DNA of 64,000 bases from Scenedesmus sp. PABB004. Taxonomy: Eukaryota. Shown piece after piece: positions 48,917 to 59,393 of this stretch (position 1 is its first letter; each line of letters starts with the position of its first letter). The notes beneath the pieces are model-generated. The model was not told the DNA's origin. It saw only the letters and a program-made list of their open reading frames with translations, and ran no database searches. The stretch is from assembly GCA_014905635.1 (NCBI GenBank), contig CM026547.1, positions 2,294,001-2,358,000 on the forward strand. The letters are read 5' to 3'. The translations under genes and the position numbers were made by a program.

Positions 48917-50853
48917 ATGCACGCGCCAGCGCGCCTCGCCGACCTCGGGCGTCGGCAAAAGCAGCACGTCGGGCCGCGGCCGAGCGGGGACCGCCACCTG
49001 CTGGTGCCGCCGGCGCAGCAGCGTCTGGCGCCGCGGCGGCCGGCCTCCTGCCGTGCGCTCGCCGAGCAGCTGCACCCGCAGCAGCAGCCGCAGCAGCAGA
49101 CGCAGCAGCAGCAGTCGCCGGAGCAGCAGCAGCCGCAGTTGCCGCAGTCGCCGCAGTCGCCGCAGCAGACGCCGCCGCAGCAGCACCCGCAGTGGTCGTT
49201 CGGCCGCCGCGCCGCGCTGCACGACGCGGCGGGGCGGCTGATGCTGAAGAACCTGACGCTGCCGGAGCTGGAGGAGTGGTGCGCCTCCGTCGGCGAGCGC
49301 CGGCCCGCGGCACGCGCACGCCAGGTCTGGCGATGGCTGTACAGCGACGGCGCGTGGGCGGCGAGCCTGGAGGAGACGCTGGGCCGCCAGAACGGCCTCA
49401 GCGCCGCGTTCTGCGCCGCCGCGGGCGCCGTGGCGAGCGTGGACGGCGGGCTGCTGCTCGACTCGGTCGCGCGGGCGGCCGACGGCACGCGCAAGCTCGT
49501 CTTCAAGCTCACCGAGGGCCCCGGCGCGGGCGCCAGCATCGAGGCGGTCCTCATCCCCATGGCCCACCGCCGCGGCGAGCGCAACCACGTCACGCTCTGC
49601 GTGAGCAGCCAGGTGGGGTGCGCCAGGTGGCGGGCGGCTGACGGTCACGCAGGGGTTCCAGCCCGCCGCCGCCGCGCCAGACGCCGCGCCAGACGCTGTC
49701 CCACCCCGCCGACCCGGCGGCGCTCGCCAGGTGGGGTGCGCCATGGCCTGCCAGTTCTGCTTCACAGGCCGGATGGGCCTGCTCGCCGACCTCTCGACCG
49801 CGCAGATCGTCGAGCAGGTGCGGCGGCGGCGGCGGCGGCGCGGTGGCCCTCTGGCGCGGCGGCCGGCCGGCGGCGCCGCGCGCGCCCGGGCGCGCCCTGC
49901 CGCCGACCCCGCCCGTCCGCCGCGGCAGATGGTGGTCGCGTGCCGCGTGCTCGCGGCGGAGCCGGGCGGGGCGTCGATCGCGAACGTGGTCTTCATGGTG
50001 CGCCGCCCCGCGGCGTCGGCGGCGCGACCCACCGCCCGCCTGCCGGGCGCGGCCGCGGGCCCAGCCCCGCCGCCGCGCCGCGCCGCGCCGCGCCGCGCGC
50101 AGGGCATGGGAGAGCCGCTGGCCAACTTTGACGCTGTCATGGCGGCCGTCGCCATCATGACGCACCCGCTGGGGCTGCACGTCTCGCACAACAAGCTCAC
50201 AGTGAGCACGGTGGGCCTCGTCGCGCCGCTCGAGCGCTTTGCGACGTCGGGCAGCAACGTGCAGCTCGCGCTGTCGCTGCACGCGACGACCGACGAGGTG
50301 CGCGACTGGATCGTCCCGACCAACAAGGCCGCCGGCGGCCTCTCTGCGCTGATGGGTGCTCTGCGGCGGCACTACGCCCACGGCAACGCGGCGGGGCGGC
50401 GCGTGCTGGTGGAGTTTACGATGCTCGCCGGAGTCAACGACACCCCCGACGACGCGCGACGCCTGGTGGCGCTGCTCGAGGGCATCGAGGCAAAGGGTGC
50501 GCGCCGCGGCGCGCTGGGCGCCCGCGCTGGGCGCCCGCGCCCGCGCCACGCCCGCCTGCCGCCGCACGCACGCCGCCCCATGCCCGCCCGCCGCTCCCCC
50601 TCCACCCGCAGTGAACCTCATCATGTTCAACCCGTTTGCCGGCACGCGCTTCCGGCCGTCGCCCATGGAGGCGGTGCTGGCGTTCCGGTCGGTGCTGGTG
50701 GGCGCGGGCCGCATCTGCACCATCAGGGACAGCCGCGGCGACGACTCGATGGCTGCGTGCGGGCAGCTGGGCAACCTGATCGACAGCGCGCGGTCGCCGC
50801 CGCTGCTGCCGGTGCCGCCGGCGTTCGAGGCCGTGCTGGCGCCGCCGGCGTGA
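48917..50853 (+). CDS. RlmN-family radical-SAM RNA methyltransferase, organellar, 5 exons
   Basis: CVSSQVGCAMACQFCFTG (CxxxCxxC), MGMGEP, SLHA, ACGQL. Confidence 0.93.
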
Positions 50854-50949
50854 GCAGCTGCGCAGGCGTGAGCAGCTGCGCCGGCGCGCCGTGGTAAAGC
50901 GCGCGCCGCGCCGTTACTCGCGCGCGCCGCCGCGCGGCGGCCAGCGCGC

Positions 50950-52889
50950 TCAGCCCAGCAGCAGGCGTGCAGCGTCAGCGGGCGTGAGCAGGCTGGTGCC
51001 ACCCAGCAGCACGGCCGGCTTGTAGCCAAACTGGTGCTCCTCCAGCTCCTGCCGCACCTCGCGCACCTCGGCGGCGCTGATGCCGCCCACCACAAACAGC
51101 AGCAGCGTGGGGTGCTCTGCCACGCGGCTGCGCCCCGGCGCGGCGGCGCCGCCGAGGCCGAGCCGCCCCAGCCCGCGTGTGAGCAGGCCCGCGACGAGGC
51201 TGGAGCTCTCCGGCGCCACCAGGTCGCGGTTGTCGGCCTGCGGTGGCGCAGCGGCGCGGCGCTCGCACAGCGCGCGAGGGCGCCGGGCGCTCGTGGGCCG
51301 GCACACCGTGGGCTGCCGCGTGCACCAAGGGCGCAGGCGGCAGCGGCGCGGCGCGCACCTGCAGCAGGATCTTGGTGAGCACCTGGCGCACGAGCGGCGT
51401 GGCGCTGGCCGCGGCGCCGGTGTCGGCGTCCACCTGCATCAGCCGCCGCACGTCGCGCAGCTTGCCGCGCGCCGCCGCGAGCCAGCGCAGGCGCTGGAAC
51501 GCCTCGTGCAGCTGGCCGTCCAGCGCGCCACGCACGCCCGCCGCGTCGGACGCCAACCGCCCGACGCCGCTGCCGCGCGCAGCAGCTGCTGCACGCCCGG
51601 CAGGCACGCGAGCTGCGCCAGGCCGGGCGCCTGCTGCTGCTGCTCCGCCGCCGCCGCGGCCATGGCCGCGTCGGCGAGCGCGCCGCGCAGCTGCGCCTCG
51701 TCGGCCGAGTAGAGCGGCGGCGCGGGCGGCACGCGGTCGCCGGAGAGCGAGTACGTGGCCACGAGCAGCTGCAGCACGTGGTCGAGCAGCAGCCGGCCCT
51801 GCGCGCGCGTGCCGCGGCCGGGGGCAGCCGCGTCGGCGCCCGCGCCGCCGCCGCGTGTGCGCCCGCGCCGGCCCGGCCCCGGCTGAGAGCCAGCAGCGCC
51901 CACCTGCCGTGCCGACTCGATGGCCTCCAGCAGCAGCGGCCGCAGCATGGCGCCGCCCTCGCAGCCGTCCGGCAGCGCGAGCAGCAGCTGCCGCTCCAGG
52001 CCAGCCAGGCGCTCCCAGAAGGCCCAGGGCCCCGGCGGGCCGCCAGGGGCCGCCGGCCCCTCCGACAGCGCCGCCGCTGCCGCGAGGGCGAGGCCGACGA
52101 TGGGCTGGTGCCGCATGAACACGTCTGGCCGAGCGCGGCCGCGCGGCGCGGCGAGCGGTGAGGGCGGCCAGCGGCGTGCGCACGCGCGCGCGCGCGGCTG
52201 CGCCGCCCGCGGCGCCCACCGGTGCTCGCGGTGAGGCCGGCGGCGAGGCCCTGCAGCTCCGCGGGCGACACCACGCTGCTCAGCTTGCTGCGCGTGGCGG
52301 GCGACACCTTCTCCGCGCGCAGCGCCTCCTTGAGCCACTTGCGCAGCAGCAGCAGCGCGTCCTTGGGCCGCTTCGGCCACAGCTGCACCAGCCAGCCCAG
52401 CCAGCGCCGGTCGGCGGGATGGAACAGGCTGAGCCCCATGGGGCAGCCCAGCGGCGCGGCGGCGCTGCCGCCGCCGTCGCGCGGCGCCGCCGTGTCTGGC
52501 GGCGGCGCGAGCGGCTGCAGCGGCGCCAGGTGCGGCACGTCCACGCGCAGGTCGGCGGGCCTGGCGCGGCGGCGGCGGCGGCGGGCGGCGGCGGTCAGGG
52601 TGCGACCCTGACATGGTGGGCCGGCAGCTGCGCACGCAGGGCTGCGCGCGCGCCCGGCGCTCACCGCAGGCTCACGTGGCACGGCGGCGCCGCGCCGTGC
52701 GGCCCCGGCGGCGCGTGCTGCGGGCCGGGCGCCGCCTCGGCGCGCGGCAGCGTGGCGAGCACCGCGTCCAGCACGTGCTCGCCGTGCATCGCGGGCGTGG
52801 CGAGGTCGAGGCTGCGGTCAATGAGCACCAGCCCGATGCTGCCCGCGGCGCCGGCGCCAAAGCCCTGCGCCGCGGTGGGCGACGTCTCC

Positions 52890-52926
<37 letters not shown>

Positions 52927-54019
52927 CGCCGGCGCGCTGCCCCGCCTGCGGCAGCGCCGCGAGCTCCTTGGCCACCGCAGCGGCGACGGGGCCGCAGGCA
53001 TAGGGCTCCAGGCGCGCGCCGAGCACGCGAGAGAGGTCGGCCAGCGCGTGCGCGAGCAGCGAGAGCCCGGTCGACGCCCCGACCGCGCCGTCGTCGCCGT
53101 CGAGCTCGCTGGGCGCGTCGGCGCCGGCAAAGCCCGCCGCGCGGCCGCCGGCGCTGTCGGGCGGCGGGGCGGGGGGGGGCGGGTGAGCGGGTGAGCGGGG
53201 GCGGCGCACCGCGCTGCGGCGCGTACAGCGTCGCGCCGCGCCGCACGCCGCACTCACGCTGCCTTGCTCGCGACCGCGCCCGCCGCGGGCAGCACGAAGG
53301 TCTGCGCGTCCAGCGCGACCAGGTGCAGCGGCAGGTGGCGCACGCTGAGCGCGAGCACGTCCTCCTGTGGCGCCGGCAGGCCCGCCGCGGCGCGCGCCGC
53401 GGCCACGTCCTGGCGCAGCGCGGCCGCGTAGTCCGCGTACGCCTCGACGCCCAGCGGCGTCAGCTCGGGGCCCAGCTGCGCGTGCGCGAGCTCGCTGACG
53501 GCGCAGAACAGCATGCAGCGCCGCACGCCGGGGTGCACCTGCGCGGGCGGCCGGGGGGCGCGGCGTCGCGCGGGCGCCAGCCGCGGGCGCCAGCCGCGCC
53601 CGCCCGCCGCAGGGCCCCCACCATGAGCAGGTGCACCATGGCCTGGTGGCTGTCGGTCAGCAGGCGCGTGGTGAACACCACGAGCGCCTCGGGCGCCCGC
53701 CCCGCCGCCAGCGCCGGCAGCAGCGCGTCGTCGGGGTGTGCACGCTCGAGGTCGCACACGCCCAGCGCGCCCAGGCCTGCGGCCGCGGGCGGCGCGCGTG
53801 ACCGTGAGCGGCGCCGCCGCGCCGCCGCTGCGAGCTCCCGCCGCCGCCGCCGCCCCGCGGGGCGCGGCGCGCACCGATGAGGAAGGCGGGCCCGAGGCTG
53901 AGCTGGGCGACCTCCGCCGCGCCGGCGTCCAAGTAGACCAGGGCGCCGTGGATGTCGATGGCAGCGTCCAGCACGGGCCGGCGCGCCGCCTCCAGGACGC
54001 TGTCGGCCGCGGCGGCCAT
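50950..54019 (-). CDS. Sec1-family domain protein, SCFD2/MIP3-like, 7 exons; apparent frameshift near 51575
   Basis: VYLDAGAAE, LIDRSLDLATP, LFVVGGISAAEVREV, LGGTSLLTP. Confidence 0.8.
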
Positions 54020-54470
54020 CGCTGCCGGCTCGCGGCGAGCCGCTGCTGCTCAGCTGGGCCTGGGCCCGCCGCTACTCGCTAGCGCGGCTGGACCATGGGC
54101 ATAGTCCCTGGGATCAGCCGAGCGAGCACACGGGCACGACGGTGCGGCCGGCTGCGCCGCCGGGGCGACGGCGTGATGCCCGGCGCCGCGGCGGTTGCCG
54201 CAGCTCGCGAGCCCGCGCCGCTGGCAGGCGCCTGGAGCGCCGCTCCCCAAGCGCCTGTCACGCAGTCGGGATCAAGCCGTCAGCTGGCGTGCCCGGCGCG
54301 GTGCGCGAGCGGCAGCGGCACGCGGCGGCGCGAGGAGGAGCAGCGGGCGGCGACGCACGGCGTTGGGACCGCTGGCGAGTGCTGCTGAGCTGCTCTGGAA
54401 CTGCCGGCGCGCCGCCGGCCACCGCGGTGCAGCCGCCGTTGCTCGCAGCCCCGCGGCTCACCGGCAGGGC

Positions 54471-55322
54471 TCACCAGCGCGCCGTCCACGCAGGCCGGGG
54501 CAGGTGCGCCTTGTCGAGCTCCCACCCGTGCGCCGGCAGCGCCGCGAGAAAGGCCTCCACCCAGGCTGCGTCGGCCGCAGCCGCAGTCGCGGCCGCCGCG
54601 CCGGCCGCCGCGCCGGGTCCGCTCCCGCGCAGCGCGGCCGCGACGTGCTGCGCGTGCACGTACGCCCGCAGCTGCACGGCAGCACCGGCGTCCTCGTGCA
54701 GCACGCACTCCACCGCGGCGCGCCGCCCCCGCCCGTCACCAGCAGCAGGTACTGCCCCGCGCCCGCGCCCGGCTGCGCGGCGAGCGCGCGCTGCAGGGCA
54801 GCGCCCGCGCCGCCGCCGCCGCCGCCCGCCGCCGCGCCGGCCAGCGCGCTCGACAGCCGCGCGCCGAACCGCACCGGCACGGCGGCGCGCTGCGTCAGCC
54901 AGTCGCGCGCGGCGGCCAGCGGCGGCGCCAGCAGGCTCTCCAGGCCCGCCACCTGCGCCGGCGTGAGCACTTTCTCCTGCGGCCGGCGCGGCGCGGCGCG
55001 GCGCGCGTGTCAGCGGCCAGCACTCGCGGCGTGCGCGTGCGCGTCGCGCGTCGCGCGTCGGCGGCGCGCCTTGTCGCGGTACGCTGCCGCGAGCAGCTTG
55101 AGCCGGCTCTCGTTCAAGCTCGACAGCACGAGGCACCGGAGCGCCCGCACGTTGGCCCACACGTGGACGGCCGTCAGCGCCGCAAACACCAGCCACGCCG
55201 CGGCGACGTGGTCGGCCAGGCGCGAGGCGCACCAGATGCCCAGCAGCGAGCCGACGATGCTGGTCAGGCGCTCGCGCGAGTCCGCCTGCGCGGGCGGCGG
55301 GCAGCGCGGCGTCGCGGCGCCA

Positions 55323-55356
<34 letters not shown>

Positions 55357-56264
55357 ACGCCGCGCCGCCACGCCGCGGCGGCGGCGGCCGCCGCGAGCCA
55401 GCCCCGGCGCGCCGCGCGTGCCTTGGCCGAGATGTCTGCGGCGTTGCTGCCCGCCGCCGCAAAGTGCTGCGTGAGCGCCGCGTGCGTCGCGCCGGCTGCC
55501 ATGCCCACCAACGCGCGCGCCACGCTGCCGAGGCTCGCGAGCAGCATGAAGCAGCCCGGCACGAGCGGGCTCGCGAGGTCGAGCGCCATCGCTAGGTCGT
55601 TCATGACGTCGGCGAAGAGCCGCCACTGCTTCGCGTTGGCGTCAAAGCTCACGCCCGCGGCCGACGCAAACGCGATGCCGCCCGCCATGCCCAGCGCGTC
55701 GCGCACGAAGAACGACGTGACCGCGCCGAGCGCAGTCGCGGACGTGCTGCCGACGCCGACGCCGCGGAAGACGGCGTGGCTGGAGAGCACGCCGCGCACG
55801 TAGCTGCTGACCGCCTGCACCGTGTGCCACGCCGCAAAGCCTGCGCCGCCGGGCGCGGCGGGCGCGCGTGCGCGGCGGCCGCAACCGCCGCAACCGCCGC
55901 TGCCGCGCTGCCAGCGCGCTGCCAGCGCGGCGGCGGCGGTGGCAGCGCGGCGCTGCCGCCCGCTGCCGCGCGCTGCCGCGCCTGCATAGTCGGGCGTCAC
56001 GGTGTGCGGGTAGCCGCTTGGAAGGAATGCAGACTCCAGCAGTGCCCTCACGCTCGACGGGTGCGTGGAGTCAGCGGGGCGGCCGCGGGTGGCAGCGGCC
56101 CGAGCGTGCAGCCCCGGCAGCGCCTCGAGCTGCCCGGCAGCGTCGACGCGCCAGCGCTGCACGGGAGCGCCGCCGCCGCCGCTGCCGCCGCCGCGCTGCT
56201 CCTCCAGCACTGCGCCGTCCTCCAGCACTGCGCCGGCCTGGGGCTTGGCCTTGCGGGGCGCCAT
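54471..56264 (-). CDS. RUS1/DUF647 (root UVB sensitive) family protein, 4 exons; apparent frameshift near 54725
   Basis: FLPSGYPHTVTPDY, FDANAKQWRLFADVMND, HFA..NAADISAK, HVWANVRALR..LNESR. Confidence 0.9.
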
Positions 56265-56710
56265 GGCGAGCGGGCGGCTGGGAGGACTGCGCGGCGTGTG
56301 GCGGCGCGCGGCGGCGTGGTCGTGCGTCCGCACGACTCTCGGGGTTCACAGCACTTGAACAGGGCCGCGCCACGCCCGCCCCCGCTGTCGGCACCCCGCG
56401 GCAGTCATCGCAGTCACCGCACAGCCACCGAGCGCCCACAGGCGCCGCGGGAGGCCGCCGCATCTTCGTCGCCGCTGCTGCGCCCGCCCCGCGCGTCCGC
56501 GGTCCCTGCAGCCCCGGGCCCGGGCGCCAGCGCAACCGACATCTGTCACAGCAGCTGGGCGGCACCCACCGCGCGGCAGCTGCGGGCGATGGGCGCCGCG
56601 GCGGCGCCGCAGCAGCAGCAGCCTCGCCCCGGCGCGTAGAGCAGCGCCGCCCGCCGCCAGCGAGCCGCCGCCGCAGCCACCCCGGCGCTGCCTCGTGGGG
56701 CGCCGGCACG

Positions 56711-57520
56711 ATGCTGTCGGCGCGCGCGGCGAAGCACAGCCTGAACATCATCGACCGCCCGCTGCCGCGGAGCAAGCTCGACGTCCCGACCGTGAGCCTC
56801 AGCGCGTACGCGTACCTCTTCAGCGAGCTCATCTCCTACGCGATGGACCGCGCCGCAAGCATCACCGAGCTGGAGGACAGGTGCCGCCGCGGGCGGGGGC
56901 CGGCCCGCGCGGCGCGCCCGTGCCGGCGGCGCGCGCGCCGCCGACGCGCAGCACGGCGCTGACGCGGCGCCGCCGCCGCCGCCAGGCTCGACCGCGTCGG
57001 CTTTGACGTCGGCGGGCGCGTGCTGGAGCTGCTGGGCTACCGTGAGAAGGCGCCGCGGCGGCGCACGGACGTGCTGGACGTGCTGAAGCACATCCACAGC
57101 GTCGCGTGGCCCGCGCTCTTTGGCAAGCCCGCGGACGACCTGCAGGCCGCCAACGCGGCGGACGACGAGTACATGATCACAGACACGGACCTCCTGGTCG
57201 GCAAGTTCATCTCCATACCCCGCAGCTACGCGAGCTTCGTGCCCGGCTCGCTCGTCGCCGGCATCGTGCGCGGCATGCTCGCCGCGGCGGGCTTCCCCGC
57301 GCGGTGCGCCCCGGCGCGCGGCGCGCGGGCTTGCCCCGCGCCGCCCCCGACCCCGCCGCCGCCGCCGCCGCGCGCCGCGCCGCGCCGCGCCGCGCGCAGC
57401 GTTTCGGCTCACTTTGTGGAGCAGCCCGGCGGCAGCAAGCCGTCGACGACCATCCTCATAAAGTTTGACGCCTCGGTCATGCAGCGCCAGGCGGCGCTCG
57501 ACACGGCGCGGCGCGGCTGA
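56711..57520 (+). CDS. TRAPPC5: TRAPP complex subunit 5 (Trs31), 3 exons
   Basis: IIDRPL, VSLSAYAYLFSELISY, GFDVGGRVLEL, WPALFGKPADDL, AGFPARVSAH, TTILIKF. Confidence 0.93.
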
Positions 57521-57560
57521 GCGGAGGCCGGATGGGCGGGCGGGCTGTGGGGGGAGGAGG

Positions 57561-57565
57561 TTACA
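57561..57565 (-). promoter_or_regulatory. TGTAA polyadenylation signal (MAEA gene)
   Basis: TTACA on the plus strand, about 95 nt past the MAEA stop codon. Confidence 0.55.
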
Positions 57566-57658
57566 CGAAGCGCGTCCGGGGTAATGCACGCGCGGACAGC
57601 GTCGCCCTACAGAGTGCTATGGTACACCCCCACAGCCGCAGCGCGCGGCGCGGCGGCG

Positions 57659-59101
57659 TCACACGATGAACGCGCGGCGCGCCTCGTCAAAGCCAAACAC
57701 ACTGCCGGTGCGGGGGCAGACGACCTTGCCGCCGTTGTTGGCCGCGATCTGCTCCAGCGCGGCCTGGGAGTAGACGTAGCCGTTTGGGAGGACCATGGGC
57801 GGGTTGTGGTCGCTCATGATGCTGCGCGTGACCGCGCACAGCAGCTTGCTGTGCGCGTGCTTCGCGTACGGCAGGCCCTCCGCGAGCGCGCGCAGGCCCG
57901 CGTGGTGCAGCGGGTCCTCGCGGCTGCCGCCGCCGCCGGCCGCGGGCGGGCTCTTGAGCGCGACGAGCCCCGCCTGCAGCTGCACCGCGAGCGCGCTCTC
58001 CGGCAGCAGGCCGTGCAGGCGGTACAGCTCGCGGTGGAACAGCTCCAGCAGGCCTTCCCACGCGGCCGGCGCAAAGAGGGCGCGGTAGCGCGGCAGCTTG
58101 GGCTCCGCCGCAAACGCGAGCGTCGCGAGCGCGCGCTGCAGTTCGCCCATGTGCGCCGCCGCCCAGGGCGCGAGGTGCTGCCGCGCGTAGCCCACCGCCG
58201 CCAGCCGCTGGTCCTGCGAGCGGCGCGCGGCGCACGGCGTGGGCGCGCCGCGCTTGCGCCCCCGCCCGCCGGCTGTCGCGCCCAGCCCGCGCGCTGCCGC
58301 ACCGCGCGCACGAGCTCCAGGAACTCCTGCAGGCGCAGCTTGAACTCGAGCGGGCTCTTGAGCTTGCGCAGCCGCGCGCGGTTCTCCGCGCACCACGCGA
58401 GCGCGGGCGCGCAGTCGCGCGCGCGCAGCGCCTCGACCACGCGCCGCGCGTCTGCAAAGATGTGCCCCTCGCTCAGCGCCTCGGTGCCCGACTCGGCCGC
58501 GAGGCGCGCTGCGCGCGCGGCGCGGCTCGGCGCGGCGTGGCGGGAGGTTCAGCGGCGCCGCCCGCGCGCACTCGCCCCCTGCCTCGAGCGGCCGCTGCCG
58601 CCGCTGCCGCCGCTGCTGCCGCCACTGCCGCCGCCGCTGCTGTCCGCCGCGCGCAAGGCGCCCTGCTCCCCCGCCGCACGCACCCGCGGACTGGTGCTGC
58701 CCGCCGCGCAGCATGTGGTCCACGAGCAGGCGATCCAGCCGCTGCTTGCTCCACGCCACCACGCCGCCGCGCGGCGGGCGCCCCAGCGCCGCGAGGTGCT
58801 CCAGCCGCGCCCTGCACCGGCTCGCCTCGTCCGCCTCCTGGCGCCCCACGTCGGCGAGCTTGCGCTTGAGGCCCTGCAGCCGCACGACGAGCGCGTCGAG
58901 CGCAGCTGCCTCCGCTGCTGCTGCTGCTGCAGCTGGTGCGCCCGCGCCGCTGCTGCCGCCGGCCGCCGCCGCCGTGCTGAGGCCCGCCAGTGCCTCGCTG
59001 GCCTCGTCCACCAGGCCCTTGCGCTCCTTGGCGGCGCGCTTGAGCGCCTCAAAGGGCACCCGCAGCAGCGCGGCGTCGCACAACTCCCTGTCGTCGGCCA
59101 T
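57659..59101 (-). CDS. MAEA: CTLH/GID E3 ligase subunit MAEA (Gid9/Fyv10), 3 exons
   Basis: LRVPFEALKR, LisH (RLDRLLVDHMLR), CTLH (ALAWCAENR..LEFKLRLQEF), LPYAKHAHSKL, PMVLPNGYVYS, CPRTG. Confidence 0.92.
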   Translation of the reverse strand: MADDRELCDAALLRVPFEALKRAAKERKGLVDEASEALAGLSTAAAAGGSSGAGAPAAAAAAAEAAALDALVVRLQGLKRKLADVGRQEADEASRCRARLEHLAALGRPPRGGVVAWSKQRLDRLLVDHMLRGGQHQSAGACGGGAGRLARGGQQRRRQWRQQRRQRRQRPLEAGGECARAAPLNLPPRRAEPRRARSAPRGRVGHRGAERGAHLCRRAARGRGAARARLRARARVVRGEPRAAAQAQEPARVQAAPAGVPGARARGAAARGLGATAGGRGRKRGAPTPCAARRSQDQRLAAVGYARQHLAPWAAAHMGELQRALATLAFAAEPKLPRYRALFAPAAWEGLLELFHRELYRLHGLLPESALAVQLQAGLVALKSPPAAGGGGSREDPLHHAGLRALAEGLPYAKHAHSKLLCAVTRSIMSDHNPPMVLPNGYVYSQAALEQIAANNGGKVVCPRTGSVFGFDEARRAFIV

Positions 59102-59393
59102 CGTGGGGCGTCGGGCCACGCCGCGTCACGGTTGCGCAGACCGGGAAGCAGCTCGGCAGGGGCGGGGCGGCGCGAACAGAGCACGGGGCGGCGACAAAGG
59201 GCGCGGGCAGCGGAGCGGTCGGGTGGTCAGGGCGCAGCTCGCTCCGCAAGCGCGTGCGCTGCCCACGCCGCGCACCATCGTTGCTCACACACGACGAACG
59301 AGGCGTGGAGCGTGTGTTCGGACGCGTTGCTTGCCCGCAGCGGCCGACTCGCGCGCGCGCCGGCGCACGGCACCGCGCCGCGGCGGGGGCGGC

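Noticed and set aside
56589..56639. Short uORFs (MGAAAAPQQQQPRPGA before TRAPPC5; similar ones at 54079-54102 and 28712-28741)
   Set aside because: Too short or low-complexity to show coding signal, and the TSS positions are unknown.
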